Shown: positions 1 to 9,238 of the stretch, one piece after another
Layout: every line of letters begins with the position of its first letter
How positions within the stretch are numbered: position 1 is the stretch's first letter
Assembly (NCBI GenBank): GCA_965201075.1
Contig: CBDAVP010000015.1
Location: forward strand, 1-64,000
DNA from: Isosphaeraceae bacterium
GTDB taxonomy: Bacteria > Planctomycetota > Planctomycetia > Isosphaerales > Isosphaeraceae
Direction of reading: 5' to 3'
DNA: 64,000 nt
Program-made: the position numbers and the translations under genes
The notes under the pieces: generated by a model
What the model was told of the DNA's origin: nothing
What the model saw: the letters and a program-made list of their open reading frames with translations, nothing else
Databases searched by the model: none

Positions 1-463
1 CGAACGAGCCACTCCCGCCATCGGCCGGGGCCAGCGGGTCGCCACCTTGCTGGTCGGCATCCATGGTCGATTCCGATCCAACCCCGTCCTCCACGCCGAC
101 AACCTCCTGGGAGTCGAGGCCCGCAATATCCTCTGGAGCAACTACGAAGCCCTCCATTACTACTTCCCGGTTCAGTTCCGCCCCAACCTGCCCCACCCCG
201 ACCCGGCCGAGTTCGAGGCCATCGCCCTGCTCGACGACCCACGTGACGCCCTCCGTCGTCGAAAACGCTGGCGATCCCTCCTCGACCATGATGGGCCGGC
301 CATCGACGCGATCCTCTCCTGGAACCCCGGCCCCCTCCCCGACCTGCCCTCCCCGGGCTTCCAACCCGTTTATCGGGACGGCCCCTTGACCGTATTGCGT
401 CGCCCCGAGTTGCACGCTGGCCCTCCACGGACGACAATGGAATCCATGACTGGTGGACCATGA
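1..463 (+). CDS. C-terminal part of a hypothetical protein (5' truncated by window edge)
   Basis: Frame of ORF 47..463 is open back to the window start (ERATPAIGRGQRVATLLVG...NYEALHYYFPVQFR); codon usage is gene-like. Confidence 0.6.
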   Translation, partial: ERATPAIGRGQRVATLLVGIHGRFRSNPVLHADNLLGVEARNILWSNYEALHYYFPVQFRPNLPHPDPAEFEAIALLDDPRDALRRRKRWRSLLDHDGPAIDAILSWNPGPLPDLPSPGFQPVYRDGPLTVLRRPELHAGPPRTTMESMTGGP

Positions 464-487
464 CCTCCGACCGCGAAAGGACCAGCC

Positions 488-1264
488 TTGCCCTCCAGTA
501 ACCCCGTCTTCACATCCACCGCCTTCGGCGGCCCGACCTCCAACTATGGTTTCGGCCGCAACGAGGACGCCTTCGGTCGTTCGCTTGCCACGACCATGAC
601 CGTTCAGGGAACCGCCATCAAGGCGTTCGGCCTGCTGGCGATCGTGCTGGTCACCGCCGGCTGGGCCTGGACCCAGGTCGCCCACCACCAGCAAATCATG
701 CCCCTGGCTCTGGGCGCTGGCATCGGCGGGTTCATCGTGGCGATGGTCACGACCTTCAAGCCCGCCTGGTCGCCCATCACCGCCCCACTCTATGCCGCCC
801 TGGAAGGCGTCTTCCTAGGGGCCATCTCCAGCATCCTCGGCGGCGACGGCACCCGGTACCAGGGTCTGCCCCAGCTCGCCGTGGTCCTGACGACCGGCAC
901 CTTGATGCTGATGCTGCTGATCTACGCCACGGGCCTGATCCGCGTCACGCCCAAGCTCGCCGCCGGAATCATGGCGGCCACCGGCGCCGTGGCCCTGAGC
1001 TACCTCGTCTTCATGCTTCTGAGCCTCTTCCACGTCGAGATCCCGATCGCCCGAACTTCCCAATTGAGTATCGGCTTCAGCCTCTTCGTGGTCGGATTGG
1101 CCGCCTTCAACCTCCTGCTCGACTTCGAGTCAATCACCCAGGGCGAACGGTCCGGAGCCCCCAGGTACATGGAGTGGTATGGAGCCTTCGGCCTGATGGT
1201 CACATTGATATGGCTCTACCTCGAAATCTTCCGCCTCCTGAGGAACCTCCAGGACCGCCGATAA
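488..1264 (+). CDS. Bax inhibitor-1/YccA family membrane protein
   Basis: About 7 TM helices; SSNPVF N-terminus; motifs LAAFNLLLDF and EWYGAFGLMVTLIWLYLEIFRLL; AAGGA RBS upstream of TTG. Confidence 0.9.
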   Translation: MPSSNPVFTSTAFGGPTSNYGFGRNEDAFGRSLATTMTVQGTAIKAFGLLAIVLVTAGWAWTQVAHHQQIMPLALGAGIGGFIVAMVTTFKPAWSPITAPLYAALEGVFLGAISSILGGDGTRYQGLPQLAVVLTTGTLMLMLLIYATGLIRVTPKLAAGIMAATGAVALSYLVFMLLSLFHVEIPIARTSQLSIGFSLFVVGLAAFNLLLDFESITQGERSGAPRYMEWYGAFGLMVTLIWLYLEIFRLLRNLQDRR

Positions 1265-1326
1265 GCCAATCCTCGGGGCCGTCGGTCGACCCAACCCTCG
1301 ACCGCATGGCCCCGCCCCAAGCCCCC

Positions 1327-1407
1327 GCGAGAGTGGTGGAACGGCAGACACGCAGGATTTAGGTTCCTGTGCCGCAAGGCGTGAGGGTTCAAGTCCCTCC
1401 TCTCGCA
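1327..1407 (+). tRNA. tRNA-Leu(TAG)
   Basis: Acceptor GCGAGAG/CTCTCGC, anticodon arm CAGGA-TTTAGGT-TCCTG, long variable arm, T-arm GAGGG-TTCAAGT-CCCTC; CCA not encoded. Confidence 0.95.
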
Positions 1408-1514
1408 TCATCTCCCCTCGGGTGATCCTCGCACGGAAACTCAGCACGCGAAGAGAGGAGGCCAAACCCACGCGGCCTCCCCTCGTGAATCGTGAGTCGC
1501 GAGATTGCGAAGCT

Positions 1515-2330
1515 TTAGGTGGCCCGAGGACGCCGTCGAAGAAGTCCCAGACCGATCACGCCGAGGCCGGCGAGGGCCAGGCCCGACGGTTCGGGGACCG
1601 GCGAAGGCTGGAACGACAACGTGGCCGAATCCAGCGTGGTCGACGATCCCGCCCCGGTCGTCGCGTTGAACGTCGAGATGCTGGTCATGTAAGTGAAGGC
1701 CAAAGTCACCGGATTGCCCGTGCTCTTGGGGAGATCTGCAAGGGGCACGGACAAAGGTTGAAAGCTTTGGTCCAGGGGATACGTGCTGGACGGGAAACCG
1801 AAACCCCCGCCGCCCGCGGGAACGTACCCGTAGGAGGAGTTGGGGCTATCGGGCGCGATCGACGGCACAACCGTGTATTTCGCCGTCGTGACCACCGAAC
1901 CTGGCTGGATCGCCTCGCCGGGCGGCGTCAGATGCGACGACCCGCTCGCCGTCTCGAGGCCGTCGATGGATGGAATATTGCTCGACACGAACGCTTGCGT
2001 GACCTTGAGGCCGAACTCCGCGTCCTGCCCGGTGGACGACAGGACCGTAAACACCACATGGTCGAGCCGGACCGAGCCCCCGCCGGCGGTATTGGTCAGC
2101 ACAACGGTCCCCGAGACGCTCTCGACCCCCGCGACCGTGGCACTGAAGGGGAGGTTCAACGTCTGGCCGACGGCGAGCCGGGTGGCCCCCGTCGACACCG
2201 TCCGACCCAACGCCGCGACCAGCGACGCATCGCCGGTGAACTGGATCTGACCCGCCGTCAACACGCGAGGCCCACCGAAAACGACCAGCAAACCCAGGGC
2301 AACTCGCGACCAACGTCCGTGGAGGGACAT
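1515..2330 (-). CDS. PEP-CTERM sorting domain protein
   Basis: Signal peptide (MSLHGRWSRVALGLLVVFG), S/T/G-rich body, C-terminal VPEPSGLALAGLGVIGLGLLRRRPR. Confidence 0.85.
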   Translation of the reverse strand: MSLHGRWSRVALGLLVVFGGPRVLTAGQIQFTGDASLVAALGRTVSTGATRLAVGQTLNLPFSATVAGVESVSGTVVLTNTAGGGSVRLDHVVFTVLSSTGQDAEFGLKVTQAFVSSNIPSIDGLETASGSSHLTPPGEAIQPGSVVTTAKYTVVPSIAPDSPNSSYGYVPAGGGGFGFPSSTYPLDQSFQPLSVPLADLPKSTGNPVTLAFTYMTSISTFNATTGAGSSTTLDSATLSFQPSPVPEPSGLALAGLGVIGLGLLRRRPRAT

Positions 2331-2511
2331 AAGACCTTCAACTCCCAGGCGTGCACGGGGGGAGGGCGAAAACGCAACCACCCACCCTCCGGGTTGAAAA
2401 ACACGCCTACCTTCCCAAAATGAACCCTGCTCGTCAATGACTCGCCTAGACCATGCAACCATCAACGATCATCCCCGAGTTCAAGGCACCCCACCGGGCC
2501 AATCCATCGGC

Positions 2512-2958
2512 TCAAGCTTCGCCCCGAGACCCGATACCGCCCCCGCGACTCGACACCGGCTTGTTCGCATACGCCCAGGCCCACCAGATCAGCAACGCCT
2601 GCAACGGCAGTCGCGCCGCCAGCAATAGCGCCGAAATTCGGAATTGCCCGGCATGCTGGTACATGTAAAGGTTCGCCGGGAATACCGCGATCAGCAGGGC
2701 GATCAGGCCCCACGCCGCCCACCGGGACGTCCTAGGGATCAACAGCCCGAGCCCCCCGGCGATCTCGCAGGCCCCGCTAATCCACACCAGTTCCCGCGGA
2801 TAGGGCAGATACGGGGGCATGATCCGGAGGTAGGCGTCGGTCGCCAGGAAATGCCCCACGCCCGAGGCCAGGAACAGCGACGCGAAGAGTGCTTTACCCA
2901 GGAACCTCGCGTTCACAACCAGGCCCTCCCCCCCTTCAAAAAACTCGACCACGCTCAC
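2512..2958 (-). CDS. DoxX-like membrane protein
   Basis: GVGHF...IMPPYLP...SGACEIAGGLGLL...AVFPANLY pattern; true start may be a few codons downstream. Confidence 0.8.
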   Translation of the reverse strand: MSVVEFFEGGEGLVVNARFLGKALFASLFLASGVGHFLATDAYLRIMPPYLPYPRELVWISGACEIAGGLGLLIPRTSRWAAWGLIALLIAVFPANLYMYQHAGQFRISALLLAARLPLQALLIWWAWAYANKPVSSRGGGIGSRGEA

Positions 2959-3904
2959 TTTTGAGCCCGTCGAGCTTTGAGCATCAATTTAGTATACGCA
3001 TTGAAACTTACCGGATTTTGAAGAAGATGATCATGAAATGCTTCGAGGTTTTTCACGTCCTTGTGGTTCGGTCGGCGAAAGGTATAAATACTGGCGGACG
3101 GTCGGGCCGGACCTGCCCGACGCATGGTGGAGGCCAAGCCAACGTCAGTTCGCAAAACTTCTCCCACCAATTCATCGATCCGGACCACGGCGTACGGGAG
3201 GATGTCGTCAACGAACTCAAATCCGTAGCAGTCGAAGGATTTCGGGACTGAAGATTCGTCGAGCTTGATCCGGCAACCGCCCCACAAGCCCGCCTCCTTG
3301 CAACCCCGAACCAGGTGCAGGTCAGCCACTCCCCGCGAAAACGTAAAATCGTCATCTCACAGAGCTTATCATTCTCGACATGCTCGGACACCCATACGCC
3401 CTGGAGTCCGGCAAGGTCCCCCCTGGCCGCCCCATCCTTGGCCTCCTCCGGCACCCGCTCGAACTCGACGATCCGCGGATGCCCCCCATCGGCCGCCTGC
3501 TCGAACTTCTCCGGACGCTCGTTCCCCGGGCCCCCGGCGCAAACCTTCCAGTGGTCGCCATCCAGCTCATAAATCGCCAGATTCTCCTCGGCCGGCTGGC
3601 CATCCGGCCGGTCGAACTCATACCAATCCAGCTCCTTGGGGACCTTGTCCTCCCGTACCTTGACCCGCCCGGTCAAGGTCAAGTCCTCGCCCCCGGGCCT
3701 GGTCATGGTGATTGTCACCTTGTCCTTCTTGATCGCCATTACGAGCGGAATCGACTTCTCCGGCCCGACCTTGGCCGTCCACTTCCCCTGAAGCTTCCCC
3801 AAGTCCCCCTTGGGCGCCGCGTCCTCGTCCGCCGCGAGTGCCGCCGTTAGCCACGACCCCGCGACGACCACTCCCCACCCCACCACCGCCAGCAGAGTTC
3901 GCAT
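2955..3904 (-). CDS. Planctomycete TIGR03067-type secreted protein, two domains, second domain frameshifted near 3300
   Basis: Signal peptide MRTLLAVVGW; domain 1 GDLGKLQGKW...PKELDW...LAIYELDGDHWKVC; domain 2 starts GDLAGLQGVW and continues in another frame (RIKLDESSVPKSFD...IDELVGEVLR, ORF 2955..3329). Confidence 0.7.
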
Positions 3905-3982
3905 CGCAGATCCCTCCCCCCGAAGGGTCGAGGGAGGGCGGGGTCCCAAAACCGGACTCTCGCCCACCCCCAACGGGCGATC

Positions 3983-4465
3983 TTATCGAGACCCCACCGT
4001 CTCCGCCACCGACGGCCCACTCGCCGCAGCACCTGCATCGACTCTCCGGAACACCACCACCGAAGCCAGGGGCCCCTCCCCCGACCGGAACGCCCCCGGC
4101 CGATCGTCATTCAAGCTCCCGTTGCAAATCCGCAGAGCCTCCCCATCAAACTCATAAATCCCCAGTACCGTCGGCAAATCCTGACCGTCGGGAGCCGAGA
4201 ACTCGACCCAGTCCAACGCCTTTGGGCTAACCCCTTCATCCAGCTTCACAGACCCCTCGGCTGTCATCGTCAAACCCGTCGGAGTTCGGATGTGGACCTC
4301 GGCATGGTCCCCGCGAACCTCCAAAACCACATCCAGCTTTCCCTTCAATCCCGCCTTCGCCGTCCAGCGTCCCTGAAATTTCGCCAGGTCGCCACCGGAC
4401 GAAGCGTCCTCGGGGGTTCCACTCAAAACCGTCAACGCCGCAGCCAGGAACGTGGTCGCGATCAT
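3983..4465 (-). CDS. Planctomycete TIGR03067-type secreted protein
   Basis: MIATTFLAAALTVL signal; GDLAKFQGRW...VKLDEGVSPKALDW...LGIYEFDGEALRIC; start overlaps the sulfatase stop. Confidence 0.85.
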   Translation of the reverse strand: MIATTFLAAALTVLSGTPEDASSGGDLAKFQGRWTAKAGLKGKLDVVLEVRGDHAEVHIRTPTGLTMTAEGSVKLDEGVSPKALDWVEFSAPDGQDLPTVLGIYEFDGEALRICNGSLNDDRPGAFRSGEGPLASVVVFRRVDAGAAASGPSVAETVGSR

Positions 4466-5817
4466 CGGTCGAGTCCTCCCCGTTGGGGCCCCGCGACCTC
4501 GGTCGCCAGCCACGCCTTGAGTTCCTTCCGCAGTCGGCGAACGTCCTCGGGATGCTCGGCACCCACGTCGATCCGCTCGCCAGGGTCTGCCACCACGTCG
4601 TAAAGTTCCGGCCTCGACCCCGCCGCGGCCACCAGTTTCAGGTTTCCCCGAAGCGCCGCCGACTGGTCCGAACCCTCCGACCGCCACTCGAAGAACAACG
4701 TCCGCTCCGGGACCGACCCACTCCCCGACCAAACCGGCAACAGGTCCACGCCATCGACCTTCCACTCGGGAGACGGCATCCCACCCGCCGCCGCCAGAAA
4801 TGTCGGCAGCAAATCAATCATCTGAGCCGGCCCTTCCTCGACCGACCCCGCCTTCACCCGCCCCGGCCAGCGCACCACCGTCGGCACTCGTACCCCTCCC
4901 TCCCAAAGCGTCCGCTTCTGACCTCGGAACGGCCGGTTACTGTCATGGAAAGCGCTCGCCCCCTGATTGCCCGACTCGAACGTCGCCCCATGGTCACTGG
5001 TGAAAACGACCAGGGTCGTCTCGGCGAATCCCTGATCGGCCAGCGACCGCAAGATCGTCCCCACGTTCCGATCCAGCCGAGTCACCATCGCCGCATACGC
5101 CGCATTCACCGGACGAGTCGCATCCGCCTCCGCGAAGCGCCCCCGATGCTGGGCCATCTCATCCTCCGGCGCCTCCACGCTGAAATGGGGGGCCGTGAAG
5201 CTGACCATCAAGAAGAACGGCTCGGGCTTCCCCCGCCGCCCCTCCAAAAACGTCAACGCCCGCTCGGTGAACCGATCGTCCGCATAACCCGAAGACGCCA
5301 CCCGCTCCTTTCCGTCGAAAAGAGCGTCCGGAAACTTCTCAAACGCTTCCAAGGCGTCGGTGAACCCGAAAAAGGTCCCAAATCCCTGATCCAGCGGATG
5401 CACATACCCTTCACCCCCGGCCACGGGACGTCCGTGATGCCACTTCCCAAGCAGGGCGGTCACATACTCGCGATCCCGCAACGCCTCGGCCACTGTGACC
5501 TCCCCCGCCGGCAAATCGGCCTCGTTACGCGCAACTTTGCAATGAATCGGGGACTTTCCCGTCAGCAACGCCGCACGGCTCGGAGCACACACCACCGCCG
5601 CGGTATAAAACCGCCGACAGTCCGCCCCCTCTCCCGCCAGCCGGTCCAGATTCGGCGTGCCCCAGCTTGTGCGCCCATGAAACCCCACATCCCCATACCC
5701 CAGGTCATCGGCCAGCAACAACAAGACGTTGGGCCGACCCCCCTCGGTCCCCCCCAACGCCGATGCCGAAGCCGCCCCAACCATTAATATCAGGGCCGCC
5801 ACCAGGCGAATCGCCAT
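4462..5817 (-). CDS. Sulfatase (arylsulfatase A-like, Cys-type)
   Basis: RPNVLLLLADDLG, CAPSRAALLTG (CxPxR), GKWH, SDHG, RGQKRTLWEGGVRVP; signal peptide. Confidence 0.95.
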   Translation of the reverse strand: MAIRLVAALILMVGAASASALGGTEGGRPNVLLLLADDLGYGDVGFHGRTSWGTPNLDRLAGEGADCRRFYTAAVVCAPSRAALLTGKSPIHCKVARNEADLPAGEVTVAEALRDREYVTALLGKWHHGRPVAGGEGYVHPLDQGFGTFFGFTDALEAFEKFPDALFDGKERVASSGYADDRFTERALTFLEGRRGKPEPFFLMVSFTAPHFSVEAPEDEMAQHRGRFAEADATRPVNAAYAAMVTRLDRNVGTILRSLADQGFAETTLVVFTSDHGATFESGNQGASAFHDSNRPFRGQKRTLWEGGVRVPTVVRWPGRVKAGSVEEGPAQMIDLLPTFLAAAGGMPSPEWKVDGVDLLPVWSGSGSVPERTLFFEWRSEGSDQSAALRGNLKLVAAAGSRPELYDVVADPGERIDVGAEHPEDVRRLRKELKAWLATEVAGPQRGGLDR

Positions 5818-6098
5818 GACTCCCTTTCCTCCTAAATCCGTCTCGCCTCGCATCAACCCGCTCCCATGATCGACCATCCAACAAAGCCGAGATAAGGAAT
5901 TCTCCATCATCCCTACCGATTTAGTCAAGATAGCCCTCCGTGGGCTTTCCCTTTTCCCGAATGGATCGCAACACTTCCCAGCGAAGCTCCTCAACCCTTG
6001 CGAGTGCCCTGGGGCCGACTATCATGGCCGGTTCAGGGCGCAAGGCTATCGGGCCATCGCCCAAGGGCCTGCTCTGGGTGGATTTCGGGGACAACGTG

Positions 6099-7262
6099 AT
6101 GAGCCAGCGGAAACTTCGGGTGGGCATGGTGGGCGGCGGGGGCCCGGCGAATTTCTTCGGGGCGCCTCACCGCAGGGCGATCTTGCTGGACAACTCCGCC
6201 GAACTCACCGCCGGAGCCCTCCGCAGCACCCCCGAGGACTCTCTCCAGTCCGCCAAGGATCTCTACTTCACCCGCGGCTACCCCACCTGGCAGGCCCTCA
6301 TCGAGGCTGAGTCCAAGCTCCCCGACTCCGACCGTATCGACTACCTCACCATCGTCACTCCCAACGACGCCCACGCCGCCCCTGCCGAGGCCGCCGCGAA
6401 GGCCGGCATCGGCGTCCTCTGCGAAAAGCCCCTCACCACCACGTTGGAAGAGGCCCGAAGCCTCCACAAGGTTGTCACCGCCGGCAACGTCCCATTCGCG
6501 ACTGCCTACACTTACACCGGCTTCCCGATGGTGATGCTGGCCCGTGAATTCGTTCGAGACGGCAAGATCGGCGAGGTCCGCAAGGTCGAGGCCTGGTATC
6601 CCCAGGGCTGGCTCGCCTCGGCGCTGGAAGCCGAAGGCCAGAAACAAGCCGCCTGGCGAGTCGACCCGGCCAAGTCGGGAGCCTCGGGTTGCGGAGGCGA
6701 CATCGGCACCCACGCCTACGAATTCGTCCGCTTTGTCGCCGGCTGCAAGGCGACCCGCCTCTCGGCCCGTCTGAAAACCTTCGTCGCCGGCCGCGCCCTC
6801 GACGACGACTTCACGGTCCTGGCCGAACTCGACAACGGAGGCATCGCCACCATCGCCGCCAGCCAGATCACCATCGGCGCCCAGAACGACAACGGCTTCC
6901 GCATCAGCGGAACCACCGGAACCCTGGAGTGGACCATCACCGACCCCACGGTCCTGAAACACTCCACCGCCACCCACCCGCAGCACCTCTACCGCCTCGG
7001 CGGCAACTACGACTACTTCCCGGCCTCGATCAAACCCTATCTCCGCCTTCCCGCAGGCCACCCCGAGGGCTTCCACGACGCCTTGGCCAACCTCCACCGA
7101 ACCCTCGAATGGACGATCCGTTCCCAGCGAGGAGAAACCTGTCCCAAGCCCTTCGACCACCCCGGAATCACCGACGGCCTCGCCGGAATGGCCTTCATCG
7201 AGGCTGCCGTCGCCAGCGGCAAGAACGACGGAGCCTGGGTCGAGGTCCCGGCCGACGCCTGA
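6099..7262 (+). CDS. Gfo/Idh/MocA family oxidoreductase
   Basis: LRVGMVGGG Rossmann start, IVTPN, VLCEKP, GDIGTH, PAGHPEG. Confidence 0.92.
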   Translation: MSQRKLRVGMVGGGGPANFFGAPHRRAILLDNSAELTAGALRSTPEDSLQSAKDLYFTRGYPTWQALIEAESKLPDSDRIDYLTIVTPNDAHAAPAEAAAKAGIGVLCEKPLTTTLEEARSLHKVVTAGNVPFATAYTYTGFPMVMLAREFVRDGKIGEVRKVEAWYPQGWLASALEAEGQKQAAWRVDPAKSGASGCGGDIGTHAYEFVRFVAGCKATRLSARLKTFVAGRALDDDFTVLAELDNGGIATIAASQITIGAQNDNGFRISGTTGTLEWTITDPTVLKHSTATHPQHLYRLGGNYDYFPASIKPYLRLPAGHPEGFHDALANLHRTLEWTIRSQRGETCPKPFDHPGITDGLAGMAFIEAAVASGKNDGAWVEVPADA

Positions 7263-7362
7263 GCCCCCCACTCTTCCGACTCCGGAAGCATTTACCCAAC
7301 GCCAAATGGGCAGGTTGAGGGACCGCCACCCCAACCCGTTCGACCCAAGGGCCCCCTCCCCA

Positions 7363-7812
7363 ATGAAAGACGCCCTCGTCCGCTTCAGCGTGGCCATCGG
7401 CGGCGAACTCCTCAAACGCTTCGACCAGTACCGGGAGGACCACCAGTACCCCAACCGCTCCGAGGCCGTCCGGGGACTCATGAGAGCCGCCCTGATGGAA
7501 GACGCCATCGCCCGAGACGACGAGGATGCGATGGGGGTCTTGACCCTCATCTACGACCACCACGCCGGAAGAGTCGGCGACCGCCTCACGGAACTCCAGC
7601 ACCAGCACCTCAACCAGGTTCTCACCACTACCCACGTCCACCTCGACGCCCGCCGCTGCCTCGAAGTGATCCTCCTCCGAGGTCCCGCCAAGACCGTCCG
7701 AGAACTCGCCGACGGCCTCATCGGAATCAAAGGAGTTGAAACCGGCCGCCTCGTCCTCGCCCCCGCCGCCCCGGTTCACTCGCACCACCACGAACATCCC
7801 CACCATCATTGA
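7363..7812 (+). CDS. nikR: Nickel-responsive transcriptional regulator NikR
   Basis: RHH domain (RFSVAI...YPNRSEAVRGL), YDHH, THVHL...CLEV metal-binding motifs; His-rich tail. Confidence 0.93.
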   Translation: MKDALVRFSVAIGGELLKRFDQYREDHQYPNRSEAVRGLMRAALMEDAIARDDEDAMGVLTLIYDHHAGRVGDRLTELQHQHLNQVLTTTHVHLDARRCLEVILLRGPAKTVRELADGLIGIKGVETGRLVLAPAAPVHSHHHEHPHHH

Positions 7813-7884
7813 CAACGGAGACTGGTCTCTCCCTCGATTCTTGGCTGATCCCTTGAGCGTCTCGTTGTCCCAACAAGTGTCGCT

Positions 7885-8335
7885 TCATACGCTCGACGGC
7901 TCGTCCACGACGACCTCGGGCGGCGTTGGGGCTAGACGCGCGAAGTGTCCAATGTGGAAGGCCAGCAAATGCGTCACGCCATGGATGTGGCAAACCGAGA
8001 CCAGCCGGGCATCGTGGACCTGTTTGCCGATCAAACCCAACGCATCCGCCAGATTTCGCCACGTCGGGGAAATGGCTGGCGTTTCCTCCAGCAATGGGAA
8101 CGCCGCCTCAAACGATGCGGCAACCGCCGCGGCCACCCTTGGGGCCAGTCCCAGACCGTTCGCTGCAGTCGGCCGCGTAGCGAAATTCCGGAATTCGACC
8201 AGGTTTTGAGCTGTGATGTGAAGCGATTCGCCTCGGCGATGCAACTCGGCAACGGCCGCCTGAGCCACGCCATGGAGCGGTATCGGCCCGGCTGGCAAGT
8301 CGACTCAGGATGCTCGTGTCGACGAGGATTGCCAT
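7885..8335 (-). pseudogene. PIN-domain (VapC-like) toxin, frameshifted
   Basis: MAILVDTSIL start in one frame; QNLVEF...GKQVHDARLV in another; one extra base near 8281. Confidence 0.8.
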
Positions 8336-8559
8336 TACTCGTAGAGGCCGTCGCTACTTAACGCCGCATCCGGAACGGAGACGCCGCAGTCGACCGCGTC
8401 GGCGAACAGACGTTGCTCCCACTCGTCGAACGGGACCGGAGGCGTGCTTGGTAAGAGATGCCGACCCAGGAGGTCCAACGCGAGAACCTCGGGCGAAATC
8501 CCCCGCCGATGGGCCTGTTCGGTCAGTGCGGTCTCCAGACGCGGTGGCAAGGTGATGAC
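8335..8559 (-). CDS. Putative antitoxin (RHH-like)
   Basis: ITLPPRLETALTEQAHRRGISPE; stop overlaps the PIN start (TAATG); start approximate. Confidence 0.7.
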   Translation of the reverse strand, partial: VITLPPRLETALTEQAHRRGISPEVLALDLLGRHLLPSTPPVPFDEWEQRLFADAVDCGVSVPDAALSSDGLYE

Positions 8560-8681
8560 CACTGTTCGTTGCAAACCCGCTGGGCCACGATTCAATGGCT
8601 CGCGGGATTTGCTGGAAAAGTGTCGGACTCGGGATCAACCTGAAGGCCCTCAACCGATCCACAAGGTCGAGGTTGGATCGT

Positions 8682-9119
8682 TTACGGACGCGGCGGGGTT
8701 TTTACGTTGGCTTTTCTCGAAACCTTCGACTTACCGGAACTGTTGAGGGCGACCGCTTCGCGGACGAGCGCCTGGAAAGCGAACTCGTCAACTTCCTCGC
8801 CTTCGTGAATGTCGATCGCGCGTCGGACCTTTCCGTCGAGACTCGAATTGAAGAGTCGAGCCGGATCACTTAGAGACGCGCCTTTGGCGAAGGTGAATTT
8901 CACGACAGTCTTGTAGGATTCGCCCGTGCAGAGAATCCCGTCGTGCGACCAAACTGGCGTGCCCATCCACTTCCACTCCTCGACGACATCCGGGTCGGCA
9001 CTCTGGATGAGCTTACGCATTCGGTCGAGGGTTACCCCCCGCCAATCCCCGAGTTCCTTGATCCGATGGGAGATGAGCTCCGAGGCCGCCTTGCCCTCGC
9101 TTTCCGATGAGCGTTTCAT
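8682..9119 (-). CDS. DUF1801 family protein
   Basis: ELGDWRG...ADPDVVEEWKWMGTPVWSHDGI...FAKGASL...FNSSLDGKVRRAID. Confidence 0.88.
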   Translation of the reverse strand: MKRSSESEGKAASELISHRIKELGDWRGVTLDRMRKLIQSADPDVVEEWKWMGTPVWSHDGILCTGESYKTVVKFTFAKGASLSDPARLFNSSLDGKVRRAIDIHEGEEVDEFAFQALVREAVALNSSGKSKVSRKANVKTPPRP

Positions 9120-9151
9120 GGTCGGTTCCTGAAAGCATCGGAAACGTCGAA

Positions 9152-9184
9152 AGGCCGGGAGTGGATTTCTCCAACCCCCGGCCT
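9152..9184 (-). terminator. Hairpin downstream of the DEAD-box gene, possible terminator
   Basis: AGGCCGGG...CCCGGCCT inverted repeat followed by TTT on the minus strand. Confidence 0.45.
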
Positions 9185-9238
9185 CTCCTCAAACTCCGCC
9201 AAATTCAACCGACGGTCACGATAGCGGACCGTCGAGGC

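Noticed and set aside
1408..3400. Genomic island at tRNA-Leu
   Set aside because: A PEP-CTERM gene and a slight compositional shift, but no integrase or tRNA-end duplication seen
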